A stretch of DNA of 64,000 bases from Basidiobolus meristosporus CBS 931.73. Taxonomy: Eukaryota > Fungi > Basidiobolomycota. The notes under the pieces are model-generated. The model did no database searches. It was given only the letters and a program-made list of their open reading frames with translations, and was not told the origin of the DNA. The stretch lies in assembly GCA_002104905.1 (NCBI GenBank), contig MCFE01000098.1, positions 108,587 to 172,586 of the forward strand. Direction: 5' to 3'. Positions 12,466-22,897 of the stretch are shown here, one piece after another. Both the position numbers and the translations under genes were made by a program. Numbering within the stretch: position 1 is the first letter of the stretch; each line of letters opens with the position of its first letter.

Positions 12466-13695
12466 TTATTGTATGTTGCACTTCGGGGCTGGTGACACTT
12501 CTCTGGCACCAGGAGACATGAGGTCCTCGATGTCTGCAGTCCCGCAGTCTGCATTGGCGCCTCTCTGGGCCTGGGTCTCGAGTACGAGTTGTCCGCATGC
12601 TCCGGAAACATCCTGGCCTTTTTCCTGACGAACGGTACAGCGAATGTTGTATTTGTTTTTCAACGTGTTCTTGAAATATTCTGTGCTCTCAGCTCCGGGG
12701 GCACTGAACTCAATTTCTGGGCTGTAGATTGGGTTCCAGGGAATCAAATTCACCGTGACATCTCTGTCCCTGAGAAGCTCGCCGAGCTCGTCGATATGCT
12801 CCGGTAGATCGTTGACACCGGATAATAGTACATACTCGATGAACACCTTATTCCCAGTCTTCTCCTGGTAGGTGTCAATGGCCCCCATCAATTTGTCTAG
12901 TCTGTATGACCGGGCACTAGGGACCAACTGCTCTCGGATTTCCTGGTTAGGGGCATGCAACGATAGCGCTAAAGACACTTTGGGCAAGTCAGTTGCGAGC
13001 TTCAGAATGTAAGGAATAACGCCAACAGTGGATACGGTCACTCTAGAAGGCTTGAGGCCAAAGTAACGAGAGTCAATCATGAGTTTGACTGCTTGGGTGA
13101 CGTTCTTGTAGTTGTTGAGAGGTTCGCCCATGCCCATGAATACGACATTACGGATGTCCGCTTCTTTTCTCGCGTGCATCAGTTGCTCAACAATTTCGGC
13201 TGCGGTCAGATTGCCTTGGATTCCCATGGTTCCGGTCGCACAAAAGGTGCAGGCCATTTGGCAGCCCACCTGACTAGATATACACAAGGTGGCTCTTCTA
13301 CTTGTACCATCAGCAACCAATTTTGGCTTCGTCTCCCCCTCCGAGGCCTCATCGTTCTCGGGGGCAGGCTTTAAACTTAACGGCTCGTAAAACATAATGA
13401 CCGACTCCACTTCCAAACCGTCTTGCAAACGAACAACCAGCTTGATGGTGTCACCCGACTTGGAGACTTTCTTATGGATTACCTTACTCGTGCTGAGTAC
13501 GTAGTTTTGGGACAGATAGTCCTTCGCCTTCTTTGGGAAATCCACAATCTCGTCATAGTCAGTGGCGGAGCGAAGAATGAGATTGGAATATAGGCTATGA
13601 AGATGCTGGGGGCGAATCTTCAACTCCTCGAACGCTTCTTCTACCGAAGCTTGGTCGAATATGGACTGGGGATTTAACACTCTTTTGGGTGGCAT
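12466..13695 (-). CDS. rlmN: Radical SAM C2-adenosine RNA methyltransferase, RlmN/Cfr family (eukaryotic type), intronless
   Basis: CISSQVGCQMACTFCATG (CxxxCxxC), FMGMGEPLNN, SLHAPN, IEY, VNLIPWNP and GQDVSGACGQL with the catalytic Cys. Likely start MPPKR at 13695. Confidence 0.9.
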   Translation of the reverse strand: MPPKRVLNPQSIFDQASVEEAFEELKIRPQHLHSLYSNLILRSATDYDEIVDFPKKAKDYLSQNYVLSTSKVIHKKVSKSGDTIKLVVRLQDGLEVESVIMFYEPLSLKPAPENDEASEGETKPKLVADGTSRRATLCISSQVGCQMACTFCATGTMGIQGNLTAAEIVEQLMHARKEADIRNVVFMGMGEPLNNYKNVTQAVKLMIDSRYFGLKPSRVTVSTVGVIPYILKLATDLPKVSLALSLHAPNQEIREQLVPSARSYRLDKLMGAIDTYQEKTGNKVFIEYVLLSGVNDLPEHIDELGELLRDRDVTVNLIPWNPIYSPEIEFSAPGAESTEYFKNTLKNKYNIRCTVRQEKGQDVSGACGQLVLETQAQRGANADCGTADIEDLMSPGAREVSPAPKCNIQ

Positions 13696-14128
13696 GTTGT
13701 TCGACTGGACACGCTCGTCACGTATGAACTTTAAGGTTGGAAATTTTTTTATTTTTTTCATTTTCCAGGGATTTTTTCACCAGTGAGTGCATCCGTCCTG
13801 TGGGGATCATTGGTGGGGAATTCACATGCGGCGATTCGTGATGGTCCGACGCAATATTGATTGTGAGGATAAACCTTAAATCTCCGATGCGATTTCTCCT
13901 AGCCAGATTGAAACATACACACACACTTGGGCGTCAATGGCGCCAAGGCTCCGTGACTGTTTGTAGCTCTTGGTAGCTGATTTCTACAAATCATGGGCTA
14001 CGGCCTGTTTGTCTCCACTTGGTACAGTCAGGTCAATGCAGATCATACGAATTTGAAGAGAGATGAAACAAAACTCCACCATCCTACCAATGAACATCAG
14101 GTGTTGCCCTTGGGATGTATGGTGGTGC

Positions 14129-14167
14129 ACGTCACCGAAGTGACGTCAATCCGACTGCTCTATATAA
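14129..14167 (+). promoter_or_regulatory. CRE (ATF/CREB-type) sites plus TATA upstream of copy 1; CREs conserved upstream of copy 2 (16920-16939)
   Basis: ACGTCA 14129-14134, palindromic TGACGTCA 14141-14148, CTATATAA 14160-14167. Copy 2 keeps ACGTCA and TGACGTCA (16932-16939) but has TGATCTAA where the TATA was. Confidence 0.55.
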
Positions 14168-14202
14168 CCAGGAGAGGCCGTGATACAGCCAGCATTTCAA
14201 CT

Positions 14203-16356
14203 ATGGACAACAAACAGAACGAGCTTCCCCCTAGAGTGCACCATCCAGCATCCAAGGAACAAGAAGCGCTCCAGAAGAAGGAACACATTACCGAAGTGAT
14301 TCATGCCGCGCAGCAGGGAAAACTCCCCACCACTGTACAGCTGACCGATGCCATTGAGCAACTTCAGGAGGATAATTCTCTTCACCATGCCTCAGCCAAC
14401 ATGAGCGCCTCTGGCCGAAGGGTGATGGCCGATACGGAAAACCTCTTGGACTCCACCAAGAGATTGTTGACCGAGAAGAATGCCGATGATCAGATCCAGA
14501 ATATCATCTACCACAGCACTCAAGGTGGAATGGCTGCCCGCTCCGGAAACGAGATCACCCAAACCAAAGAGCAACTCTCCGACACTGCAGGTCAAACAAA
14601 AGGCCTGCTCTCCGATGGAGCGGAAAAGATCACCCGTGTTGGCTGGTTGCTTGTGACCTCATCCCAATTCCGCCGATTGATGAATGATGTGACATCCATT
14701 TTCCAGGAATTAGTTGCAAGCAACATCCCTAATCACCCAGAGCAGGAGGAGACCGTCAGAGACACGAGTAGTTCGAAGTACACCAACGACTCTGGAATTC
14801 CCCATGACCATGAGGCAACAGTTGACGAGGCAGGCGAACGTGTCCAAGAGACTTTGCAGAAGAGCGGCAAGCCACTCTATCAAAATGCGAAGGAGACGGT
14901 GAAACCGTACATCAAACAAGCTGAGGACGGGGATATGCCGGTGAAGGAGGCGGCTAAGGAATCGATCCAGGAAATGAAGCAGGGCATTCAGCAACGGTTG
15001 AAAAACGTACGTCTCTCATCGAAACAGGAAGATCACCTCATCAACCGCATGAGGAATGTCTTCCGGGAGCTCCAGGAAAACCCCGAGTTCCAGGAAGCTA
15101 TCGATGAGCTATCGGATATCGCCAGCACCCTGAAATCCCATGGTATGGATGCACAGTCGCTTGTGGCAGAGACAGCACAAACTAAGAAAGAGGCGGGGGG
15201 TGATGACTTGACAATCGCTCGAGCCAATGCCAAGGAACTAGTGGAGAACTTTGCCGGCAATAAGTCGCTTGATCCCTTGATACAGTCCATCAGCAAGCTA
15301 CATAGCGAGTACTCTGTGGACGAGGAGCTGTCGGCGTTCGTCAGAGACTTGAAAGAGTTCATCCGTCGCTCCATTCGCGAGAGCCAGTTCACCGATCGAC
15401 CAGAGTACAAGAAGGAGGTGAGCGGGTTCATTGACAAGGGACAAAACATCATGGACCGCAAGTACCGTCCACACTTCCAGCAGATCAGCAACGAGGTCAC
15501 TAGCTTCAATACGGCTCTGCAGCACGATCGGACCACGCAGGCGTTTGCACGTGATCTGGAGAAACTCACGCAAGACGTGTTCCTCGATGAGAGCGGGAAG
15601 CCAACCATCAAGTACGATCTTGTCAAGGACTTTGCCAAGCTGGTTCCGGTGATTGCGAAGAAACTGGAGTATCTTCCGCTACCAAGGGTGGAGAACTCGG
15701 ACGAACAGTTTGATGTGATACTCGACAACATTGTACTCAAGTGCTCAAACATCGCCCCTGACTACATTCATCTCAGAACAGACACCCTGGTAGACACCAA
15801 TCCGGAAACCAAGCAGAACTTCCACAACAACGTCTACATCAAGTTCGCAAACATCCAAGTGGAGGCGAAGAACATGGCATTCTACTACAAGAAGAAGACG
15901 TTCCCCAAGATGACTGACGTGGGATACATTGACCTCACGATGCCCGATGACGGCATTACCATGGACATGACTTTAAACACCACTCCTGCACCCGACCCGG
16001 TAACGGGGCGCAACCATGTGTATGAAGTCAAGCAGGTGGGAACATCAGCCAAGGATCTGAAACTAAAGATTCACAACTCCAAGCACGATGTCCTATACAA
16101 ACTGCTCTCACCGATCATCAACTCCAAGGTCCGAAAGATCATTGAGGAGCAGGTTCCAATCAAAGTACACGAAACCATGATGAAGATCGAGGAACAGCTA
16201 GTGAAAAACATGGAAGAAAGCAAAGCGCGTATTGGCTCCAGCACTGACCCATCCAGGATAGATCCTGCCCAGCTAACCAAGGAGCCCAACCCTCAATGGG
16301 GATCTCAGGCTTTTGACATGCAGCAACCAACGGTGCAACACATACGTGAGCGCTGA
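14203..16356 (+). CDS. HAM1-like / DUF4449-DUF5923-type protein, tandem copy 1, intronless
   Basis: Helical N-terminus (GKLPTTVQL), GNKSLDPL, DVFLDESGKPTIK, LPLPRVE..D..DNIVL, FYYKKKTFPK.TDVG and HDVLYKL. Family assigned from recall. Confidence 0.6.
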   Translation: MDNKQNELPPRVHHPASKEQEALQKKEHITEVIHAAQQGKLPTTVQLTDAIEQLQEDNSLHHASANMSASGRRVMADTENLLDSTKRLLTEKNADDQIQNIIYHSTQGGMAARSGNEITQTKEQLSDTAGQTKGLLSDGAEKITRVGWLLVTSSQFRRLMNDVTSIFQELVASNIPNHPEQEETVRDTSSSKYTNDSGIPHDHEATVDEAGERVQETLQKSGKPLYQNAKETVKPYIKQAEDGDMPVKEAAKESIQEMKQGIQQRLKNVRLSSKQEDHLINRMRNVFRELQENPEFQEAIDELSDIASTLKSHGMDAQSLVAETAQTKKEAGGDDLTIARANAKELVENFAGNKSLDPLIQSISKLHSEYSVDEELSAFVRDLKEFIRRSIRESQFTDRPEYKKEVSGFIDKGQNIMDRKYRPHFQQISNEVTSFNTALQHDRTTQAFARDLEKLTQDVFLDESGKPTIKYDLVKDFAKLVPVIAKKLEYLPLPRVENSDEQFDVILDNIVLKCSNIAPDYIHLRTDTLVDTNPETKQNFHNNVYIKFANIQVEAKNMAFYYKKKTFPKMTDVGYIDLTMPDDGITMDMTLNTTPAPDPVTGRNHVYEVKQVGTSAKDLKLKIHNSKHDVLYKLLSPIINSKVRKIIEEQVPIKVHETMMKIEEQLVKNMEESKARIGSSTDPSRIDPAQLTKEPNPQWGSQAFDMQQPTVQHIRER

Positions 16357-16999
16357 AGTGCCGATTTTCTCGCGACCCGATTCTGACCAACAGATGAGTT
16401 CGCCTCGAGATGCCTGATTTTGTGGTACTTTCTTCTGTACATTCCTGACCTTCATCGTAAATAAACCTTGCGCATTTGCAGCGTTGTCTTGTCTTGATAG
16501 CTATTGGTAGAGTAGGGTTAATTTATTTGACAAAATTGCTCCAGGAATTGCCGCTTGTTTCAGTTTTACAATGGTCAAAAAGGCATCAAGGATAGTTACA
16601 TATATATATATAGGCAGAGGGAGAGGGAGAGGGAGAGAGAGTATGTGTATGTGTGAGGTAAGCGAAAAAGTAACACAAAGGAAGACAGTTGAATGCATGT
16701 AAAAATGGCGAAGGGAAGAGGGGGGTTGGTGGAATGTTTTTCTCTGGTCCGACGGTGTGGAGAGAGGATCTGGACTAACACTCTGGTATGTTGCTCAACT
16801 GAACACGCTTACCACTTATGGCCTTTAAAGTTGGAATCTTTTTTATTTGTTTCATTTTCCAGGGATTTCTCACCATCTAGTGGAGATCATTGGTGGGGAA
16901 TTTACATGCATGGTAGTGCACGTCACTTAATTGACGTCAACCCGACTGCCTGATCTAACTGAAAGGCCGTGACACCGTGACACAATTAGCATTTCGGTT

Positions 17000-19174
17000 A
17001 TGGACAACAATCAGAACGAACTCCTTCCCCCTAAGGGGCCCTATCCAGCATCCAGGGAACAAGAAGCGCTCCAGAAGGATGAGCACATTACCGAAGTGAT
17101 TGAGGCCGCAGAGCAGGGAAAACTCCCCACCACTGTACAGCTGACCGATGCCATTGAACAAATCGAGGAGGACATTTCACTGGACCATGCTTCGATCAAC
17201 ATGAGCGCCTCCGGTTGGAGGGTGATAGCCGACACGGAAAAATTCTTGAACTCTACTAAGAGATTGTTAGCTGAGAAAGATGCCGGTGACCAGTTCCAGA
17301 ATGTCATCTACTATGGCATCCAGGGCGAGAGGGCTGCCCGCTCCGGAAACGAGATCACCCAAACCAGAGAACAACTGTCCGACATAGCAGTCCAAACAAA
17401 GGGCCTACTCTCCGATGGAGCGGAAAAGATCACCCGTGTTGGCTGGTTGCTAGTGACCTCAACGCAATTCCGCCGTTTGGTGAATGATGTGACCTCCATT
17501 TTCCAGGAACTGGTTGCAAGCAGCATTCCTAACTATCCAGAACAGTCGAAGTACACCGACGACGCTGGAATTCCCCGTGATCACGAGGCAACGTTTGACG
17601 AAGTAGACGAACGTGTCCTTGAGACTTTGCAGAAGAGCGGCAAGCAACTTTACCAAAACGCAGAGGAGTCGGTGAAACCGTACATCAAACAAATCGAGGA
17701 CGGGGATATGCCGGTGAACAAAGCCACGAAGGAATTGATCCAAGAAGTGAAGCAGAACATTCAGCATCGGCTGAAAAACGCGCGTCTTTCGTCGGAACAG
17801 GAAGACCATCTGATCAACCGCATCAGGAATGTCTTCCGGGAACTTCAGGAAAACCCCGAGTTCCAAGAAGCCGTTGACGAGCTATCGAATGTCGCCAGCT
17901 CCCTGAAGTCTCGCGCTATGGATGCAGAATCACTTGTGGCAGAGACAGCCGAAACAATGACAGAGGCAGGGGGTGACAACTTGGCAATCGCCCGAGCCAA
18001 TGCCAAGGAACTAGTGGAGAAATTTGCCGGCAATAAGTCGCTTGATCCCTTGATACAGTCCATCAGCAGGCTGCATAGCGAGTACTCTGTGGACGAGGAG
18101 TTGTCGGCGTTCGTCAGAGACTTGAAAGAGTTCATCCGTCGCTCCATTCGCGAGAGCCAGTTCACCGATCGACCAGAGTACAAGAAGGAGGTGAGCGGGT
18201 TCATTGACAAGGGACAAAACATCATGGACCGCAAGTACCGTCCACACTTCCAGCAGATCAGCAACGAGGTCACTAGCTTCAATACGGCGCTGCAGCACGA
18301 TCGGACCACGCAGGCGTTTGCACGTGATCTGGAGAAACTCACGCAAGACGTGTTCCTCGATGAGAGCGGGAAGCCAACCATCAAGTACGATCTTGTCAAG
18401 GACTTTGCCAAGCTGGTTCCGGTGATTGCGAAGAAACTGGAGTATCTTCCGCTACCAAGGGTGGAGCACTCGGACGAACAGTTTGATGTGATACTCGACA
18501 ACATTGTACTCAAGTGCTCAAACATCGCCCCTGACTACATTCATCTCGAAACAGACACCCTGGGGGACACCAATCCGGAGACGGAGCAGAGCCTCCACAA
18601 CAACGTGTACATCAAGTTCGCAAACATCCAAGTGGAGGCGAAGAACATGGCATTCTACTACAAGAAAAAAACATTTCCTTGGATGACTGACGTGGGATAC
18701 ATCGATCTCACGATGCCCGATGACGGCATTACCATGGACATGACTTTAAACACCACTCCTGCACCCGACCCGGTAACGGGGCGCAACCATGTATATGAAG
18801 TCAAACAGGTGGAAACGTCAGTCAAGGAGCTGAAACTGACGGTCCACAACTCCAAGCACGACATTCTATACAAACTGCTCTCACCGATCATCAATTCCAA
18901 GGTCCGACAGATCATTGAGGAGCAGGTTTCTATCAGAGCACACGAAACCATGATGAAGATCGAGGAGCAGATTCCAATCGAAGTACAAGAAACTGTGATA
19001 ATGATCGAAGAGCAGCTAGTGAAAAATATGGAAGAAAGCAAAGCGCGTATTGGCTCCAGCACTGATCCATCCAGAATAGATCCTGCCCAGCTAACCAAGG
19101 AGCCCAACCCTCAATGGGGATCTCAGGCTTTTGACATGCAGCAACCAACGGTGCAACACATACGTGAGCGCTGA
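17000..19174 (+). CDS. HAM1-like / DUF4449-DUF5923-type protein, tandem copy 2
   Basis: 724-aa ORF paralogous to 14203-16356 over its whole length, with an identical C-terminus and 3' flank. Confidence 0.6.
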   Translation: MDNNQNELLPPKGPYPASREQEALQKDEHITEVIEAAEQGKLPTTVQLTDAIEQIEEDISLDHASINMSASGWRVIADTEKFLNSTKRLLAEKDAGDQFQNVIYYGIQGERAARSGNEITQTREQLSDIAVQTKGLLSDGAEKITRVGWLLVTSTQFRRLVNDVTSIFQELVASSIPNYPEQSKYTDDAGIPRDHEATFDEVDERVLETLQKSGKQLYQNAEESVKPYIKQIEDGDMPVNKATKELIQEVKQNIQHRLKNARLSSEQEDHLINRIRNVFRELQENPEFQEAVDELSNVASSLKSRAMDAESLVAETAETMTEAGGDNLAIARANAKELVEKFAGNKSLDPLIQSISRLHSEYSVDEELSAFVRDLKEFIRRSIRESQFTDRPEYKKEVSGFIDKGQNIMDRKYRPHFQQISNEVTSFNTALQHDRTTQAFARDLEKLTQDVFLDESGKPTIKYDLVKDFAKLVPVIAKKLEYLPLPRVEHSDEQFDVILDNIVLKCSNIAPDYIHLETDTLGDTNPETEQSLHNNVYIKFANIQVEAKNMAFYYKKKTFPWMTDVGYIDLTMPDDGITMDMTLNTTPAPDPVTGRNHVYEVKQVETSVKELKLTVHNSKHDILYKLLSPIINSKVRQIIEEQVSIRAHETMMKIEEQIPIEVQETVIMIEEQLVKNMEESKARIGSSTDPSRIDPAQLTKEPNPQWGSQAFDMQQPTVQHIRER

Positions 19175-19545
19175 AGTGCCGATTTTCTCGCGACCCGATT
19201 CTGACCAACAGATGAGTTCGCCTCGAGATGCCTGATTTTGTGGTACTTTCTTCTGTACATTCCTGACCTTCATCGTAAATAAACCTTGCGCATTTGCAGC
19301 GTTGTCTTGTCTTGATAGCTATTGATAGAGTAGGGTTAATTTATTTGACAAAATTGCTCCAGGAATTGCCGCTTGTTTCAGTTTTACAATGGTCAAAAAG
19401 GCATCAAGGATAGTTACATATATATATATATAGGCAGAGGGAGAGGGAGAGGGAGAGAGAGTATGTGTATGTGTGAGGTAAGCGAAAAAGTAACACAAAG
19501 GAAGGCAGGGGAAAGGGGGAGGAGTAACGGAAAGTTTTTCTATGG

Positions 19546-22028
19546 TCAAGCGGCGTGGAGGGGGCTCTCTTCCCGATGACACTTCTCCATAGCCATCTCC
19601 GAGATGACGAGATCCGCCTCCAAGATCTCCTTGTAGCAACGCCATTTCTGGAGCTCTAGGTAAGTCTCCTTGAGACGGCGAGTAATGTCAGCAGCGGTGT
19701 CGATAGCCTTCTGTTGGGTACGACGCTGGAGTGGAATCATAACCGAGATCTGCTTCTGGAGAAGTCCATCCGAGTCGAGAGACTCTTGGCACTTCAGGAT
19801 ACGGGAGTTCAATTCCTCGACTTGGCTCTGCATGCAACTTGAGGTTAACACTCATCCTACTATTCCTGTACGAGATCCAAATCATTACCTGAACCAGAGC
19901 GTGTCTCTTCTGCTCCTGCTCGGCGAGCTCAGCAGCCGTAAGCTCGGACACTTTACTTTTGGATAGCCCATCGGACCCTCGTGGTTCGATGCCGACTGTT
20001 TGGAAGGCAGCTACATAGTTGATTTTGGCCATCCAATCAATCATATCTTCTTCCGAGTCGAATCGGAACAAAAACTCTCGCTTTGTTGGGGTAACAAAGC
20101 GAAAGACATGTGGGTACGTATTGTAGTCTTTGTCGATCAAACTGATACAGTTGTCAGTAGGGATGATGGAGTGTGGCTTGGCCGAGGGGACGAGCTCCTG
20201 AAAATCAATGTTACTTGAAAGGTTCGAATTTGCATTAAACTTGTTGAGACTTACGTTATGATTGCTCTTGCCCGTCGATTTCTTCGCTGGCCCTTCGTGG
20301 AAAAAGACTAACTGATGTCCACTCAACACTACCCAGAGCTTCTTCCAGCTGCGAATGTTGGCGCGCTTTCCGCCGTCCACTAGATCGCACTTTCGCCGGA
20401 CCAAACCAGCTTTAATGCATTTGAGAACAGAAAAAGGATCTTCGTTCTCACGAACAGCTTTGGACTTATGGATATCCAATGGGGAAAGTTTGCTCTCTGG
20501 TCGACTGATGTCTGAAGCTTTGATCGGGCTGGTCTTCAGTTTGAGTGCTGTTTTAAGGAAAGCCTCTCTGATTATGGACTGCGAACCACGATAACTGTAT
20601 TGACCACGTTCAGGCTCAAATAAGCTTAACTTCGATGCAAGAACGTCGGTAGGTAAACGAGTAGCCACCTATCAAACATTCAAATAAATATATGAAATTT
20701 GACCACCCGTAGTAGACACACGTACATCAGTTGAGCTCTGGCCAGCAGTATCACTGCTCTTTTCCAGCATCTTACGCAACCACGAAATCTTGGTTGACTT
20801 TGCTTTAATATTCAAGTTAAGTTTGTCCCCGTGAGAAAACTCCACTGTGGTCACATTGTCGTAGAGAATCTGAAAGTCGCTGTGTTATTGGCCAAACTTG
20901 AGAAGATGTCTCAATAGATGCGCACTTACCTCTAGGATTTCCGGGGCGACGATGTCGGTTTGCTCCAACATCCGCGTCTGCCGAACGTATTGTTGCTTAG
21001 ACATCTTTTGTTTTACATGTTTGTTATGAGCATCTGTGTGCAAAAGCATCAATGAGAAGGCTACGGAGTATACAACATCTAGAGTGGATTTAGTATCGCG
21101 TCTGTGTCCGTGATGGGGTTCTTGGGATTACCTGAGAGAAGAAAAAGATGCGGGTTTTCTGAGTGGTATTTCTCAGCAAATGCTTGCATGACCCGGTCGA
21201 TTTGTTGAGCCTCCTTTGGAAGCTCGCACTGTGCAAGGAATTTTCTTGATTGCTGTAAGTCCATACGCCTAACGGGAAAAGTGAGCAATAGGGTTCACCT
21301 ACCTCAAAGCCATGTCAATAGGCTCTCCAACAAAACAGATGTCTTTCAACTGTTGACTCAGTGCTGAATCGTCATTTTTCTCACTATTGAGGAGGATAAT
21401 AAATAACTAGATAAGAGTTGGATCCACAGATGGTGATGGTTTACTTGGTCGAGTTGGGAATCGGCTCTATGTCAGTGGTGTTGGTAGTAGTGGTGGTTGT
21501 GGATGGGATTTCGACTGAAGTATTTTCGGTTGGCTGTACAGAAGTTGGGTTATTTTCAACAATTTCGGTTTGCAAGTCATCTACGAAAATTTTCTCGTTA
21601 GCACTGTACTCGAGAATAGAGACCATCTGATTAAAAGCCTCACCGCTGCGGGTTTCAGAAGTAGGTGGCTCGATGTGGATAGTAGATACATGCTCCTCTT
21701 GATTTCCAGAATCATCAACTTCTTCGATAGTTACAGATATCGTAAGTCTAGAGGAGCGACGGGCGAGTGGATCCTCGAATATCTCGTTGGCAGAAATCCG
21801 CGTTTTGGCCGCGGCTGCCTGTGCTTTCGCCTTTCGGTCGAGCACCGATATATAATGACCGTCGCCAAGGTCAATGCACAATGAGTTTGGTCGTTGGTTT
21901 AGGGGAAGGGTTCGAGTGAAAGTGGTGATGGTAGTGGTGGTGCGATTCGCCCGAGCTTCCTCGGGTGAACTCTTGGTGTATGGTGGAGGGGCTTCAAATA
22001 AGGCATCGTTCACATTGGTAGAAGCCAT
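19546..22028 (-). CDS. Arf GEF with Sec7 and PH domains (Syt1/Yel1/EFA6-like), multi-exon
   Basis: Sec7 motifs LPKEAQQIDRVMQAFAEKY and YSVAFSLMLLHTDAHN; PH domain GLVRRKCDLVDGGKRA..RSWKKLWVVL..REFLFRFDSEEDMIDWMAKINY; C-terminal coiled coil. Confidence 0.85.
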
Positions 22029-22897
22029 ATGGAACTAAAGTATGATATGTGTAACTTGGGATAGTTAATAGATACTGAAGAAGAGAAGCTTAATACAGGT
22101 AAATAGAAACCCAAAACTGATATTTACAAGGCTTCGGTAGAGTAACAAGATTAGGTGTGGTAAAAGTGGGAATGGAGCAGGTAAGTGTAATATAACAATC
22201 TCTTGATGGGGTTTTTTTACTAGTGAATCATTAAATTATATTACAAAAGGCGGCAATTGGTGACATTTCTTTTCTTAGCACCTTTTCCAGAATAGACACT
22301 GGTTGTGTTCCATGTCTGGGCCAATGGATTATATCACTGGCGAATAAATGATGACATTTCCCCCGAGAAATATCGAGAATCCTCATAGAATCCGTATATC
22401 AAACTTGCATGGGACTTCCGAAAGATTGACGCAATCGGTTGACTAGTCCATAGCAGGGAACATGACGAGCGCTCCGATCCATCACATGCAACGAACAAAA
22501 GATCTGTGGCTCAGACTCGATAGCTTCATTAGTTTTCGCGGACATGTGGATGTTTACCAGAACCCATCACTACCGCTTTCCTAGGAATCATTACTACGCA
22601 TTAATTGAATGCGCTCATTGCGGTCAGTAGAAAGATTAATTGATGAGATTTGGTTTAGTCGAGTGATGAAACAATTTTGCATCAGAGGGTTGAGGGTTGT
22701 TGTTTGTTTTGAACAATATCTTGATTATTCCAATTGACATTGCTCGCCCTGATTGAAGAGCAAAAATGGGATCATGATGAGTGGAAAATGATGAATAAAA
22801 ACCTCGTAGCACACACACGCGGTGTTGAGAGATATCTATTTGTATATTTTATTCGGTTTTGGTTGATACGCGCCTCCAGTGCCAAGTTGAACTCAGT

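Noticed and set aside
13993-14202. 70-aa N-terminal extension of HAM1-like copy 1 in the ORF track
   Set aside because: It runs through the CRE/TATA promoter and is absent in copy 2; the true start is 14203.
15033-18525. Long antisense ORFs (e.g. 15033-15752, 17845-18525; also 3245-3853, 38399-38836)
   Set aside because: Shadow frames of genuine genes on the opposite strand.
22800-22880. MCB-like ACGCG motifs upstream of DBF4
   Set aside because: Only partial matches (ACGCGG, ACGCGC); too short to support.
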